Part shown: positions 51,661-64,000 of the stretch, piece by piece
Layout: every line of letters begins with the position of its first letter
Position numbering within the stretch: the first letter of the stretch is position 1
Assembly (NCBI RefSeq): GCF_018977255.1
Contig: NW_024704743.1
Span: 101,806,001-101,870,000, forward strand
Length of the DNA: 64,000 nt
Direction of reading: 5' to 3'
Source: Callorhinchus milii
Lineage: Eukaryota
Program-made: the position numbers and the translations under genes
Notes under the pieces: model-generated
What the model saw: the letters and a program-made list of their open reading frames with translations, nothing else
Told to the model about the DNA's origin: nothing
Database searches by the model: none

Positions 51661-52067
51661 TTTTATAATTGAAAATAGACTTGAACCCAAGGAAAGACTA
51701 CATGTAACTGAACGCAAGGTTATTATTATTATTATTATTATTGCTGTTATTATCCACTTCAACAGGCTTACAGGGGCTCAGTTAAATGGCTCAACTGAAG
51801 CTGAACATCTCAAACAATGAAACAAATACACAAGGCTGTACTGGGGTCAATTTAGACTATGAGTTCCAAGTCCCAACATGAGACTTCAACCACACCCTTT
51901 AGAATCAGAGTTGAGAATCCTACTAACTGAGCTAGGCTAGCACCTTATGAACACGTTACTCTGCGGTCAACCAAATGGTGGCTCTTTCTTTGATGCAATA
52001 TGAAAGCCCCAATTGGGACTTTGAACTCATATAATCCAAGCTGATCCTTTAGCGCAGTACTGGGAGT

Positions 52068-52445
52068 GTGCTCCCTTGCCTCTTTCAAGATCTGTCTCAA
52101 AACCCTCCTCTTCGACCGTGCCTTCGGTCACCCTCCTACCCCTACCCTCCAGAGAGACCTGAATTTGAGTCCTGGCAGGGCATAACCTTGGGCAAGTTTT
52201 CTTGCTTCACATGCCTGATAATAATCCCTCAAGAAAAAAATAAAATAAAAATAAATAATTAATAATAATTTGGTTACTCAATCCACAACTGTTTGTGGCA
52301 CACTGGTGTGCGCAGTTGGCTGCCGCGTTTTGCCCACAAATATACAGTCACTATACTTTACAGTTCATTCTGTGAAGCACTTTGAGACATCTAGGAGATG
52401 TGAAGAGCACTATATCAAAAGCAAGAATTATTATTTTTATTATTT
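52068..52445 (+). mobile_element. Short L2 piece fused to a 5'-truncated short-subfamily SINE
   Basis: ctcccttgcc...ttcgaccgtgccttcggtcac then agagagacctga...tail. Confidence 0.8.
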
Positions 52446-52983
52446 TAATACAGTGCACGTACTGATGCAAACACACACCACTGATTTGCTTATTCTTCAA
52501 ATTCTAAAATGCCACACAAGAGACAAATGTCCTCAGAAGGGCATATTTTGATTGCATTAAAATGTTCATTGGAAAAAATGAGCTGCCTCAAAGCTTCCCT
52601 GACATCTTATCTTTCCAGGTCTAAGATATATTAGCTCAAAATGTGAATTGTGCTGTGGTCTTACATTGTAAGCAGCCTGAGCCAGTTGTGAACACAACAA
52701 CCCTGAAAAATCCAATTCAATATTTATTACATTTGTCACAAATAATATAGAGTCAATCAGCTTCAATGCTTAGTGTAACATGTAATGATAACAACAGGTT
52801 GTAGTCAAATTAAAAGCAAAAAAATTAAATTGTATTAAATGTCAATTGTCAACTTTTCCTTTAATACATGTCATCTTTCACCTCAATGCATTCTTTTCTG
52901 ACCAGTAGCTAGAATCCTAATCAGGCTCCATCGTCCTGACATTTTGAGAGATAACTATTCCCAGTGGGTCACAAAACCACATT

Positions 52984-53300
52984 AATAATAATAATAATCC
53001 TTGCATTTGATATAGCGCTTTTCACGTCGGGAGGATGTCCCAAAGCGCTTCACAGAATATACTGTAAAGTGAATTGACTGTATATTTGTGGGCGAAACGC
53101 GGCAGCCAATTGCGCACAGCAATGTCCCATAAACAGTCATGGATTGAAAATGACCAATTTATTATTGTTTTTGGTTTTGGAGGGATTATTATTAGGTGTG
53201 TGGAGTAAGGAAACTTGCCCAAGGGTTCGCCCTGCCTGGAATTGAACTCAGGTCTCTCGCTTGCAAAGCGAGTGCTCTAACCACTGAGCTACAGGACTCC
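52984..53300 (-). mobile_element. Young full-length tRNA-Ala SINE, short subfamily
   Basis: Close match to 41724-42042; intact A and B boxes. Confidence 0.94.
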
Positions 53301-53302
53301 AT

Positions 53303-53911
53303 AGGGATTCAGTCCAAGGGAACCCATGATTTGATACCAAGAATTTGTGGTCTAATTTGTGCTTTTTAACACTGCAAGACAGGAAATGGATTAAATTGGT
53401 TCCTTCCACTTTTTAAAAGTAAATGTGCTTCAATCTGATAGATTACATCAAGGAGGGGGTGTTGTAAATCCAAGATGGTTGGCAGCCCTCGGGAGATGAC
53501 GGAGACAGCAATGATTGATAAATGGCTTATTGTGAGTCAATGAAGCCAAATTTACAGCCATTTAATTTATTCAGGCATTTCATTGAATGTTTCGGATTTC
53601 GGTGGATTTTGTGACATTTGACAACGGGTTCCTCGTGGTGAGTAACAGCTACTGCAAGTTTCATTCTTAATTATTGGTGGCTTAAAGCCATTTATCAATC
53701 ATTGCTGTCTCCGTCATCTCCCGAGGGCTGCCAACCATCTTGGATTTACAACACCCCCATCCTTGATGTAATCTATCAGATTGAAGCACATTTACCTTTA
53801 AAAAGTGGAAGGAACCAATTTAATCCATTTCCTGTCTTGCAGTGTTAAAAAGCACAAATTAGACCACAAATTCTTGGTATCAAATCATGGGTTCCCTTGG
53901 ACTGAATCCCT
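53303..53911. repeat. Long near-perfect inverted repeat (arms 53303-53528 and 53685-53911, 156-bp spacer)
   Basis: Arms are reverse complements; I find one substitution and one 1-bp indel. Confidence 0.97.
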
Positions 53912-54314
53912 GTGTTAATCATAGAGTGAATAGGTGGAAACTTTTTATAATTATACATTATTTATGGTTATTATTTACAAATGTACACCAGAGAAGGAGC
54001 TCATTCAGACCATCGTAGCTGTGCTCGCTCTCTGAAAAACCTTCCATTTAGTTCCATTTTCCAGCCTTTCACCATACCCTTTCACATTTCTTCTTTATCT
54101 GATTCCTTGTTAAAAGTTAATGTGAATTCTATCTCTTTGCCCCAGTCAATTTACGTTTGAATTGGAAAAGCAGCTATCTGTAAACAAATCGACACAAGGA
54201 AATATTTAGGATGTCTATCTTCTCGTTGTCACTCAATGCTGATCCTCAATTAGGATTTTGCACGGGGACCCACTGTTTCCTTCACTGCCTACTTATTACA
54301 AATATACTTATGAT

Positions 54315-54697
54315 TCAGTTGATAGCACTCTCGTCTTCGAGTCAGAATATTTTAGCCATGTTGGGTCTTTTGAGTTCACCGTCTAAGTGGACACTCCAAC
54401 GTATTGTCAGAGGTTACGTCCTTCAGATGAAATGCTAAATCGAGGTCATGTTTGCCTATATGGGCAGCAGATGCCCATGACACAATTAGAAAAGAGATGG
54501 GAGTTCCAACCTGTGTCCTGATCAACAATCCCCCAGATAAAAAAATGGTTATTCACTTCATGACTTTGTGGGACTTTGCTATGTGCGAATTGGCTGCTGT
54601 GTTTGCCTTCCCATCAGTACACATTACAGTGAATCATGTGAAGTGCTTTGAGACATCCTCCTAATATAAAAGGTGTTATATCAAATAAAAATATTGT
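54315..54697 (+). mobile_element. Older SacSINE1-like SINE
   Basis: tcagttgatagcactctcgtcttcgagtcagaa...caacaatcccccagataa...tail. Confidence 0.8.
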
Positions 54698-56227
54698 GAT
54701 TAACTTGCCTTCTATGATCAGTTCTCCCTCAATGTAGTCAACACACTTGAATTCAAATGTACGTTCAAATGATTTTCTGAACCAATTCCCCATTCCCCAC
54801 CTCACTGAACTGTATTGTTGATTCTTTCCTCTATCACCATACTTTAAAGTGGACAAACCACATTTTTTTATCATTCAGTCCAGTTAAGAATAACACCACC
54901 CAGTAGAATACAACTGGAATATTGTCAAATGACATTGATTTCTTCAAACGTAATCTGTATACAAGCAGAATAATACTCATTATTCAAACTACCACATCTG
55001 GACTGAAGCACATAGCTGTTCTGAAAGTTCCTTGATGGTCAATATAACCCTCTGGCAAGGACCTAATGAGCCCAAGGAACATATGAGGAATATTTGCCTT
55101 AAAGAAAAATGAGTTGTTTATACGAATAGAATAAAATGATCAATGTGTCACATCAATGTACTATGTTTTGTAATGAGAGTAGGATGACATCAGCCCACAG
55201 AGACAGAATTAAACCTATACGATTGCAGGTCTTGGTAATCTGATATTCAATGCCTAATCCAGCAGAATTTGGCTTTTAATGTGTTGTTCTGTATCGTTCT
55301 GAAGAAAAAAAATCTAATTTTAATCTAAGTTACTCTGTATTGCTTTACTCTTGGCTTTCATATCAGTACATATAAAAAATCATAATTTAAAATTAAATAA
55401 TTAAAAGCCTGACTCAGTTGGCAGCATTTTGCCTCTGAGTCAGAAGGTTGTATGTTCAAGCCCCATGTGGTACTTGGAAATTATATAATCTAAGTGGACA
55501 CTCCAACGCAGTGCTTGAGGTGTTCTGCATTGTTGGAGGTGCTGTTCTTCACTTCATGGCAGTTTGTGGGACATTTGCAAATTGGTTGCACTTCATAGTA
55601 TATCCTGTGAAGCGCTTTGAGACATCCTCCCGACATACAGCTTACCAAATGCAAGAATTGGAACATTTAAAGCAATTATCAAAATTACAATTATAAAATA
55701 AACTATTGGCAATGTATTGAATCCCATTTAAATCACAAAATCACTCCTGTGTGTCCTCATTCTACCTTTCCTCCCTCTGACTTACTAATTATTTATTTCT
55801 CTCAGTTACACATATCCATTGATTGATATTTCATGCATATTGACCTTGAGGAATTATTTAATTATTAACCAAGCTAATTTTTTAAACAAGAACTGTTCCA
55901 AAGTTCCAAAGCCACACAAAGTATATTTTTAGAAAAGAGCCTTGACTTTTTTTTATTCAGGTAGTTAATTTGGAGTTTTTAGATAGCAAGTCTATGCTGT
56001 ATCCATGCTATTTTTAGGGATTATTTTGGACAAAATCAATTTGAGATGATGATTAATGTTTGTCATTAGAAGAACAGTAGATAAAATTAAAATTAAAGCA
56101 CTTACACTAGACCAATATGTAAGAAAATTAAGATATCCAATGCTGGTATTAGTTAGTTTGGCTGGTTTTCTATATCATTGGCTAGTTATACTTCAAAATT
56201 GGATCTATGCTTCAATGGATTTAAAAT

Positions 56228-56625
56228 AGTCTGGCTCAGTGGTAGTTCTCTCCCCTCTGAGTCAGAAAATTGTTGATTCAAGCCCCATGTCAAGACTTGG
56301 AATCGCATCATCTAAGATGGTAGTGCAATGCAGTGCTGGAGGTGTTTTACATCATCAGATGTGCTTTCCTACAGATGAAATGTTAAACTGAGGTCGAATC
56401 TGCCTGTTCAGGCGGATATTAAAGATATATTGGTACTACAGTATTCGAGAAGAGAAGGGAGTTTCTCCCAATGTCCTGGCCCACAAATCCCTCAAATAAA
56501 ATTGGTCACTCACTCCATAGCTCTTTGCCTGACATTGCTGTGTGCAAACTGGCTGATGCAGTTGTCCCACAAAATAAATTAATCCATTTTACAGTATATG
56601 TTATGAAGCACTTTGAGATGTCTTA
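56228..56625 (+). mobile_element. Older SacSINE1-like SINE, near full length
   Basis: ctggctcagtggtagttctctcccctctgagtcagaa...tgcctgttcaggcgga...tail. Confidence 0.83.
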
Positions 56626-56804
56626 ACAATCACTTTTCCCCCTAACATTTGATTTTGGTGCATTGGAGTGGGCAATAGAAATACATTAATTAAATAATGC
56701 AATGGAATAAAGGATTATAATAGATTGTTAAAGATCTCATGGTACAACTCCGAGATAGAAGGAAGGTTCTTCCAATAATCCCCAAAATAAAATTTATCAT
56801 TCAC

Positions 56805-57372
56805 CTATACCCGACTCCACTGGCTCCCCAGGACACAGAGGATACAGTTCATGATCACCTTTAAAGCCTCCACAGCCTTGCTCCTCCCTACTTCTGTGGC
56901 CCCCTGACCCCCTACCAACCTGTCCGCTCCCTCCGCTCAGCAGGCTCCGGCCTGTTGCACGTCCTCCACCTTGCCCACCCCACCATTGGTTGGCGGGCCT
57001 TCAGCCCCCACCCTCTGGAACTTTATCCCACAGTCCCTCCGCCTCGCCCCCTCCCTTGCCTCCTTCAAGACCCATCTCAAGACCCTCCTCTTTGGCCATG
57101 CCTTCGGTCATCCTCCTAAACCTACCCTCCGCACCCTTCTCCCCTCCTGATCCCAACCACCAGCTTAGGTGCGGATCCATGACTGTCCAGCGCCTTGGGA
57201 TATCCTACTGGCGTGAACATCGCGTTAAAAATGTGATTTGTTATTGTTGTTTGTGTGACATTGCTATATATAAATTGGCTGTCCTTTGCTTACACAATAC
57301 ATAGTCACTACACTCTTTGAGACGTCTTCCCGATATGAAGAGTGTTATTTCAAATACAAAGATTATGAGTAT
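56805..57372 (+). mobile_element. L2 3' fragment followed directly by a SINE 3' part
   Basis: cgactccactggctcccc...cttcaagacccatctcaagacc...tail, then gtttgtgtgacattgcta... Confidence 0.85.
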
Positions 57373-57975
57373 TATTGCTGTTATTTTATATACAAAGCTA
57401 ATATTTCTCCATTTTATACATAGTTGCATTTTATTACAATTGCATGCTAGACATTTCCTAGAAGCAAAAAAAAACAGAGTTCCATATATCCCTCTTGGTA
57501 CTATGTAGGTCAAGAACATGAATAGAGCAGAAGAGCTGGTTACAGAATATTTGGGTATGCAAAGATTGTCAGAGGGTGAGCTACAAGACAGTATATGTTT
57601 CTATCTCTGTATTGCTTTTATCCACTTGGTCTTTGAGGTTGCCATCCTTTTGCAGTAATGAAATAAAAAAATTATATTCACTACAGGATTTGAAAAAAAC
57701 AAGTTGTCAATATTGAATCCTGAAGGTAACCAGATAGGTTTTTTGATGCAATCTGTTCCGAAAGGAAATTGCATCAAAGGGATAATTAAAGAATGGAATG
57801 TGTTTAGAGAAATGCAGTAATTATAATCCCAAAATAATTTTGTTTGGTCAGTTGGGTGTCTGACACATGCAGAAACTCATCACTATGCTTAAATGTATCC
57901 AAACCAGACTGAGAGTTCCACATATGTATACAAATTACACAAGGCAATTTTCCAATGTCTTGAATGCAATGCTCA

Positions 57976-59087
57976 TTCTCAGACAGCAAACCCACAAGAA
58001 ATTATGAATTTATCACAATAAAAGAAACAAATTACGTTCTAGTTTTCTTAATTTTATTTTGCAGATTAATGGAAGGACAAAATGCGTTAATGTTGCCTCT
58101 CTGCTGATAGCAAATATATGGAGCAATGTCACTGAAAATCTGCCTTAATAAAAGGATACTGGTTCTAAACTTTCTTGGATAAAAATAAACTTCCATTAAT
58201 TATTAAGCAAATATCTTCCAGTTACTTCAGGGATGTGTGCTGCTTACCTAATTCTGGCAAGTATTAGGCACAAATTGGTACCATCCAAGGCTTGGAGACC
58301 CAAAGTGTAGGATGACGTTTAGTTTGATCAGCTAAAACCACGTAGCTTTCATTGTCTGGCACTCTTTCTGTTACTTATCCAGGAAGGACAACTTGGCCCA
58401 CAGGGTTAACAGGAGCCAAGTGGGAAGAATCACTGCCCTCTGGTACATATAATTGAGCTTCACAAAAACCTTCATTAAATCAGACATAGAAGAACTATTT
58501 TCTGTCACTGTTGTCCTGCTTGGAATAGTATACATTGGAAACAATGTGATATCTAGAGAGCACAGGAAGGGACAATAGTGACAACCTGATGATACAGAAG
58601 TTGGTTATTTTTAGCACGGCCAATTAGTGCTGGAAATCGGGTATACGTGCTTCCAGTGTATCATGGATCCACAGTAGACTCACGCTTAAAGAAAACAAGA
58701 GTACATTCTAATGGGTATCGCTCTGTGTATATAATAAGTATACAATAGTTGGAATATGTGTTGGCTTCTTGTTATGGCTATTATATATTTTTATGACAAG
58801 AAAATCTAGATAATTCCTACCACAGTGTTCTCAGACAGCAAACTCACAAGAAAAGATGGCTTTTGTCTGCACCACCCTACAGGAAATGAATTACCTTACA
58901 ACTTTTTAAATATTATTTTGCAGATTAATGGAAGGACAAAGAGCTCTAATGTTGCAGTTCTGTCAAAGGGAAATGCATGGCGCAATACCACCTAAAGATC
59001 TGCCTTGATAAAGGAATATTGCTTCTAAAAGTCCTTGGACAAAAAAATCCTTCTGGTAATTATTAAACAAATATCTTTCAATTACTT
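57976..59087. repeat. Diverged direct duplication of ~255 bp (57976-58227 and 58828-59087)
   Basis: Colinear blocks ttctcagacagcaaac, ttattttgcagattaatggaaggacaaa, atctgcctt, taattattaa.caaatatctt. Confidence 0.88.
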
Positions 59088-60349
59088 TTCTTCCTCATAT
59101 TTGATGCTGCAAAAATTTTGGAAATATGACTTTCAAAAACAACAACTTTGATGCTGTGGAAGCGAGTGACGCTAATTAACTTTCTACAATTAAAGCAAGA
59201 AACAATGGTTTTAAAATTAACATAAATCAATTACTTAACATTCATCAGGGATGCTACAATTGTAAAACTGACTGCAAGGATTAGTAGATAGGCTGGTGAA
59301 ATTCTGTGGGCAGATTAATGGAAGAATGTGCATCATTGCCAAAAGGCAGAGCGGAAGCTCTTTTTCCAATTTCTCCCTAGTAATCTCCTTCCTGATGGTG
59401 GTGCCTTGTCTTTGGGTACAATGTCTTGAGGGAGAGCAGCCTTCCGGTAACTCATCAAGCTTAACCTTAATTAAATTCTAAGCTTTGACAGTGAGTGTTG
59501 GCAGGATATACAGTATTGCAGCCAGCCCCAATCTTGTCCATGGATAAACGTTCTCAGCAAGGTCACTGGATCAGGTGTGGACACCTACCAGTGACCTTTA
59601 TCCTTCGCACCTAGCCCAGGAATTATAATAATAATCCTTGTGTTTGATTATAATTGTTGCTACTTTTTTAACAATAAAACACTTTATTGAAAGTTTCTGA
59701 ATTCCTGCGGTGAATACCATCACCTTTATATATCACATTTGATGGCAAATTACTGTCAAATTACGACATTCACCACCAAACCTGCAGAACAAACACAGCA
59801 TTAGACTTATTTGTTGTTCCTTTTAGCCAAGATGTGACGAGGGAACTAAAACATTCTTTCCATAAGTTCTTTAATTGGCATTTATAATGTAATACTTTAG
59901 CGCGATTAGACAATAATTACTTTTCACATCTGTTTTGCTACTTTTGATTCTACGTATTTAAGTGTTCGGCAGTGGTAAAACACTCTACAGGATCCACTGG
60001 TTCATATCGTCCAACTGGGGCTTAGATTTTATCCATTCATTAGCTCATCACTTTTTAATGTGAAAGAAGCAGCACTGTCAGATGGGCTTCATCAAATATC
60101 CATGAATAAAACCAGCAAACTTTGGAATATTGATACAGCAATTCCCCTAGTAGGGAAAAGAAATGAGCCTGACATCCGAATAGAAATCAGTTTTCTCCTC
60201 CCATCTGGGGCAAGTTGCAATTTGCCTAGTTTTTGAAATCAAAGAAGTCTCATATAATTTGTAAGGTAGAAGTCTGAGATAGAGTCAAGGGTCTGTCACC
60301 CAACAATTCATATGGGACAGATGAACTCTATCCTGAATTTTTGGGCTGT

Positions 60350-60660
60350 ATTCCCACCTCTGAGTATGAAGATTGTGGGTTCAAGACCCATATCAGGGAC
60401 TTCGAGCTCAGAGTTCCAGTGCAATGTTGAGGGTGTGCAGAATAGTCGGAGATGTCATCCAGTAAATCAAATATTAAATCAAGATTCTCTTCAGGTGGAT
60501 GTTCAAGATCCCATGGCACTATTTCAGAAAAGAGAAGTGTTATTCTGGTATACTGCCCAACAATCCCCTGCATAAAATTGATTAATCACCTCATGGCTGT
60601 TTTTCGAACATTGGATGCAAATTGGCTGTCATGTTTATCTAAAAAATACACAGTCAATAT
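60350..60660 (+). mobile_element. Older SacSINE1-like SINE
   Basis: cctctgagt...gtgggttcaagaccca...ttcaggtggatgttcaagatcccatggcactatt. Confidence 0.78.
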
Positions 60661-61959
60661 ATTGCTTCTGTAACCATTGTAAAGTAAAGTTGTTATTTCT
60701 GCCTCTGTAAATATATAAGAATCATCAGCTATGATTAAAGTTATTGAAGACTGCATGCTGGTTTGAAACTGAGATTTGCAAAAGTTGATTCCTGAAATTC
60801 CAAAAGAGTTAATATTCCAAACTTTTTAAAATCTGCTGGTTGTTGTCCTAGTTCAGTACTTATATTGTGCTCCAGTGTCCTGCTTATGATATCCTATGAT
60901 GCCTATGAAGTATTTTACTTTGATTTGTTTTCAGTCTTTTATCGATAAACCAGTTCTCTTTAGTCTGACATATTTTAACATGGTACTTTTGAAAGTCTTA
61001 GGTAGTGCCTTCTTACATATACAATTTAATACTTCCTATAAACATAGGTTAGTTTTCATCTTATTAGCAATTACTAGTCCAAATTCGGTGAGGGGAAATG
61101 TGTAAGTAGAACAGTGTTTTGGATCATAGCTGCTGGAAAGTACGAAGAATTGGTTTGTTTATAGTAGCTGTTTCGTATTAGTAGAAAAGCTGAAATTTGT
61201 AATGGCATCTGGTATCATTCAGTTCTGCCAATGGATCGAAGGGGAAAGCATCAATCACTAGTGGCCAAGAATACACACATCGATTGTTGAGGTTTCTGAT
61301 GCTTCGGGTGTGTCTGAATCCTAATGTGTGTGCTCAGCAGACAAAGTGCATCCACGCAGAAGAAACAGTGGAAACAATGAGGTTTCTTAACAGATTCAAT
61401 GTGACCTTGAATCTCTTAAGAAATGTTTCAAGTTTCACCCTAATTTGCTACTTCAATAACTATTTATAAAGGAAAGAGGTGATTGGCTGCATGGATCATG
61501 TGTAATCTCATCTCCCTCTTTCTCATACATTACTGACACCTTGGAGCAATGATTAAAAAGAGTTTTTTCTCTCTCTTTTTTAAAATAAAATAACCTTTCC
61601 TGTCCAAAGGTGTTTGAATAATGAGAATTGCTGAAAATTCTTGGTGGGTGATGATTCATCAGCACTCCAGAAAATATATTGGTTAATAAATGTTGTGCTT
61701 TGACTGTAACTCAGTATTGCTGCTCTAAAGTAACTCAGAAGTTAAATATTCTGCTTGCGAATGTTACAAAACCTATGCAAACACTCAAGCAAGGAAACAT
61801 GAAATTAATTGAAACTTGATTTCTCATTGGAGCTATAATACAATTTGATTATACACTTTAGGAGTGTGAATTCAGAATCACAGATTAAAAAGCATCTGAA
61901 TAGATTACTTTGTACAATGCACCCTTCCATTGTTCATCCAGTGCTATTGCCGTACAATT

Positions 61960-62270
61960 GGATTCCTGTAGCTCAGTGGTTAGAGCACTCGCTTTGCAAG
62001 TGAGAGACCTGAGTTCAATTCCAGGCAGGGCGAAACCTTGGGCAAGTTTCCTTACTCCACACGCCTAATAATAATCCCTCCAAAACCAAAAACAATAATA
62101 AATTGGTCATTTTCAATCCACGACTGTCTGTGGGACACTGCTGTGTGCAATTGGCTGCCACGTTCGCCCACAAATATACAGTCAATTCACTTTACAGTGT
62201 GTTCTGTGAAGCGCTTTGGGACGTCCTCCCGACGTGAAAAGCACTATATCAAATGCAAGGATTATTATTA
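61960..62270 (+). mobile_element. Young full-length tRNA-Ala SINE, short subfamily
   Basis: Close match to 5899-6214. Confidence 0.94.
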
Positions 62271-62509
62271 ATTATTTTTAAAAAGATTACAATGGTAGCA
62301 TAGATTAGATTATCTCATGAACACACAAAGCAACTCGCACAGGCGGAGGAGCTGGGCATAATCAAGGCTTTTACTGATTTTTGTGGTGTAAATGAGAATC
62401 TAATGCTGTTGAACAACATCAATGGTTGAAATTATACCTTGACTTATCAGGGTTCTTGTTTATTGGGCAATATGTGTGTTGAATGTATAGTTATTGTCAT
62501 TGAATATGT

Positions 62510-63122
62510 GTTGACTCCCCATCTCCTCTGTGCCACTATTACTATTGGTGGCCGAGTCTTTGGTTACTACACTCCTAACTTCTGGAACTCCCTACCTCTA
62601 CCCCTCCTTCTCATCCCCTTTCTATCTATCCTGAAATCTGGCCTTAAAGCTTAACCTTTCAACTATGCCTATGCCATGTCTCCCTTTCCCAATCCCACTC
62701 AACCTTCTCTCTTAGGTTGTCTGACCCCCATCAATGTGAAGTTCTCTGAGATGTACCTATGTAAAGGGCACCATATAAATGTAAGTTGCTGTTGAACGAA
62801 GCAATTTGAAGTAGATAGTTCGCAGTGGTTCCAAAGTTTTTTCCCATCTGAGAATCTCTTGTTCACACGATTATTATTAATACAGCAACTTGCACTTATA
62901 TCGCGCCCTCCATACAGGGTAGAGTCCCAGAGCGGACAGTGGCGGAGCCTGACTCCAAGCCTAGAGAAGCGAGATGACCGTAAGCATGGTCGAAAAGGAA
63001 GGTTTTCAGACGGGACTTGAAAAAAGGAAGAGAAAGGGCAAGGCAGCGCGATTGAGGGAGAGTGTTCCACAGTTTTGGAGCATCGTGGCTGAAAGCGTGA
63101 CCTCCAATGGTGGAGCGGAGGT
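62510..63122. mobile_element. Two L2 3' ends tail-to-tail (plus ~62510-62795, minus ~62885-63122)
   Basis: TIGGRVFGYYTPNFWNSLP on the plus strand; caacttgcacttatatcgcgccct...gaaagcgtgacctccaatggtgg on the minus strand. Confidence 0.8.
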
Positions 63123-63820
63123 TGCAAAATACTAGTGTTAATACTACTTTTAACAGCTACATTTGTTTATATCACACCTTTTATAAAAAACAAAATACCT
63201 TGAAGCACTGTACAAATTATAAATGATTGGTTCTCGAGTAACTGCAGAAATATCCATCAGCCATATAGACATTGGGAAGTCTTCAGTGGAATGAAAATGA
63301 TCAAAGTCAGTAAATGAAGGGAAACATAAACTGGATGCATTTCTGGAGGATGTTGCTAAGGTGGTTCCACTTCAAGCATTGAGGAGTACAGCTGGCAAGC
63401 AGATATTTTTCTACATGGGGAGTTAGTAACTATAGCAATGATTTTTGTGTAGAATGTTGACTTAAAATTAGTTCACCAGCAGATCCCTTCAGTGAGCCCA
63501 ATGCATAAACATTAAGGGGCAGCATTGAACAGTTATGAGAACAAACATCCATGTTCATGGTAAAAGGAAGCATCAATGGCAAAACTTGAAAAGCCATCCA
63601 CTGGCATGTTCATAGTGAGATATAAAGTGCATTTTATAGGTGAATGTGGTAACCAATTTGCAAACAACAACATCCCACAATCAGTTATGAAGTGAATTAT
63701 CAGTTTTAACAGGGAGATTGTTGGCCAGGATACTGGGAGAAATTCTGTTCTCTTTTTAAATAGTGCCATGGAATATTTAATGTTCACCTGAAAAGGATGA
63801 CATTGGCAATATGTGTTTAT

Positions 63821-64000
63821 GTGTCAGCTTGACTCAGTTGGTGGAACTCTAGTCTCTGAGTCAGATGGTTGTGAGTTCAAGCTGTACAATGAGTCTTAGA
63901 ATCACATTGTCTAAGATGACACTCCAATGAGATGCTGGTGCTGCATTGTTGGAAGTGCCGTCCTTCAGATGAGACATTAAACTGTCCCACAGCATTATTC
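63821..64000 (+). mobile_element. Older SacSINE1-like SINE 5' part, running off the window
   Basis: gtgtcagcttgactcagttggtggaactctagtctctgagtcagatggttgtgagttcaag. Confidence 0.82.

Noticed and set aside
62038..62271. Recurrent similar short ORFs (MGKFPYST..., ...CKDYY) as a small-protein family
   Set aside because: Translations of SINE copies, with frames not preserved between copies.

Overview
AT-rich, repeat-dense vertebrate genomic DNA. The repeat content (CR1 and L2 LINE fragments, Deu-domain tRNA-derived SINEs resembling shark SacSINE1) points to a cartilaginous fish, possibly a chimaera; the species is inferred. No complete gene is present. Nearly all ORFs in the track are broken CR1/L2 reverse-transcriptase pieces, SINE read-through or chance ORFs. 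The only host-gene candidate is a short terminal exon at 5111-5166 (YYHAEKKLNMHCLSCCP*). Main elements: a young tRNA-Ala(TGC)-headed SINE in long and short subfamilies, an older SacSINE1-like SINE, L2 3' fragments sharing the SINE tail, a 4.8-kb nested CR1/CR1/L2 stack and a mariner transposase remnant. The most unusual structures are a nearly perfect 226-bp inverted repeat (53303-53911), a SINE/GATA-palindrome minisatellite/CR1 junction that recurs 43 kb away, several fold-back hairpins and old local direct duplications. I cannot support a new multi-gene system from this sequence. Repeat boundaries were read by eye and are approximate.
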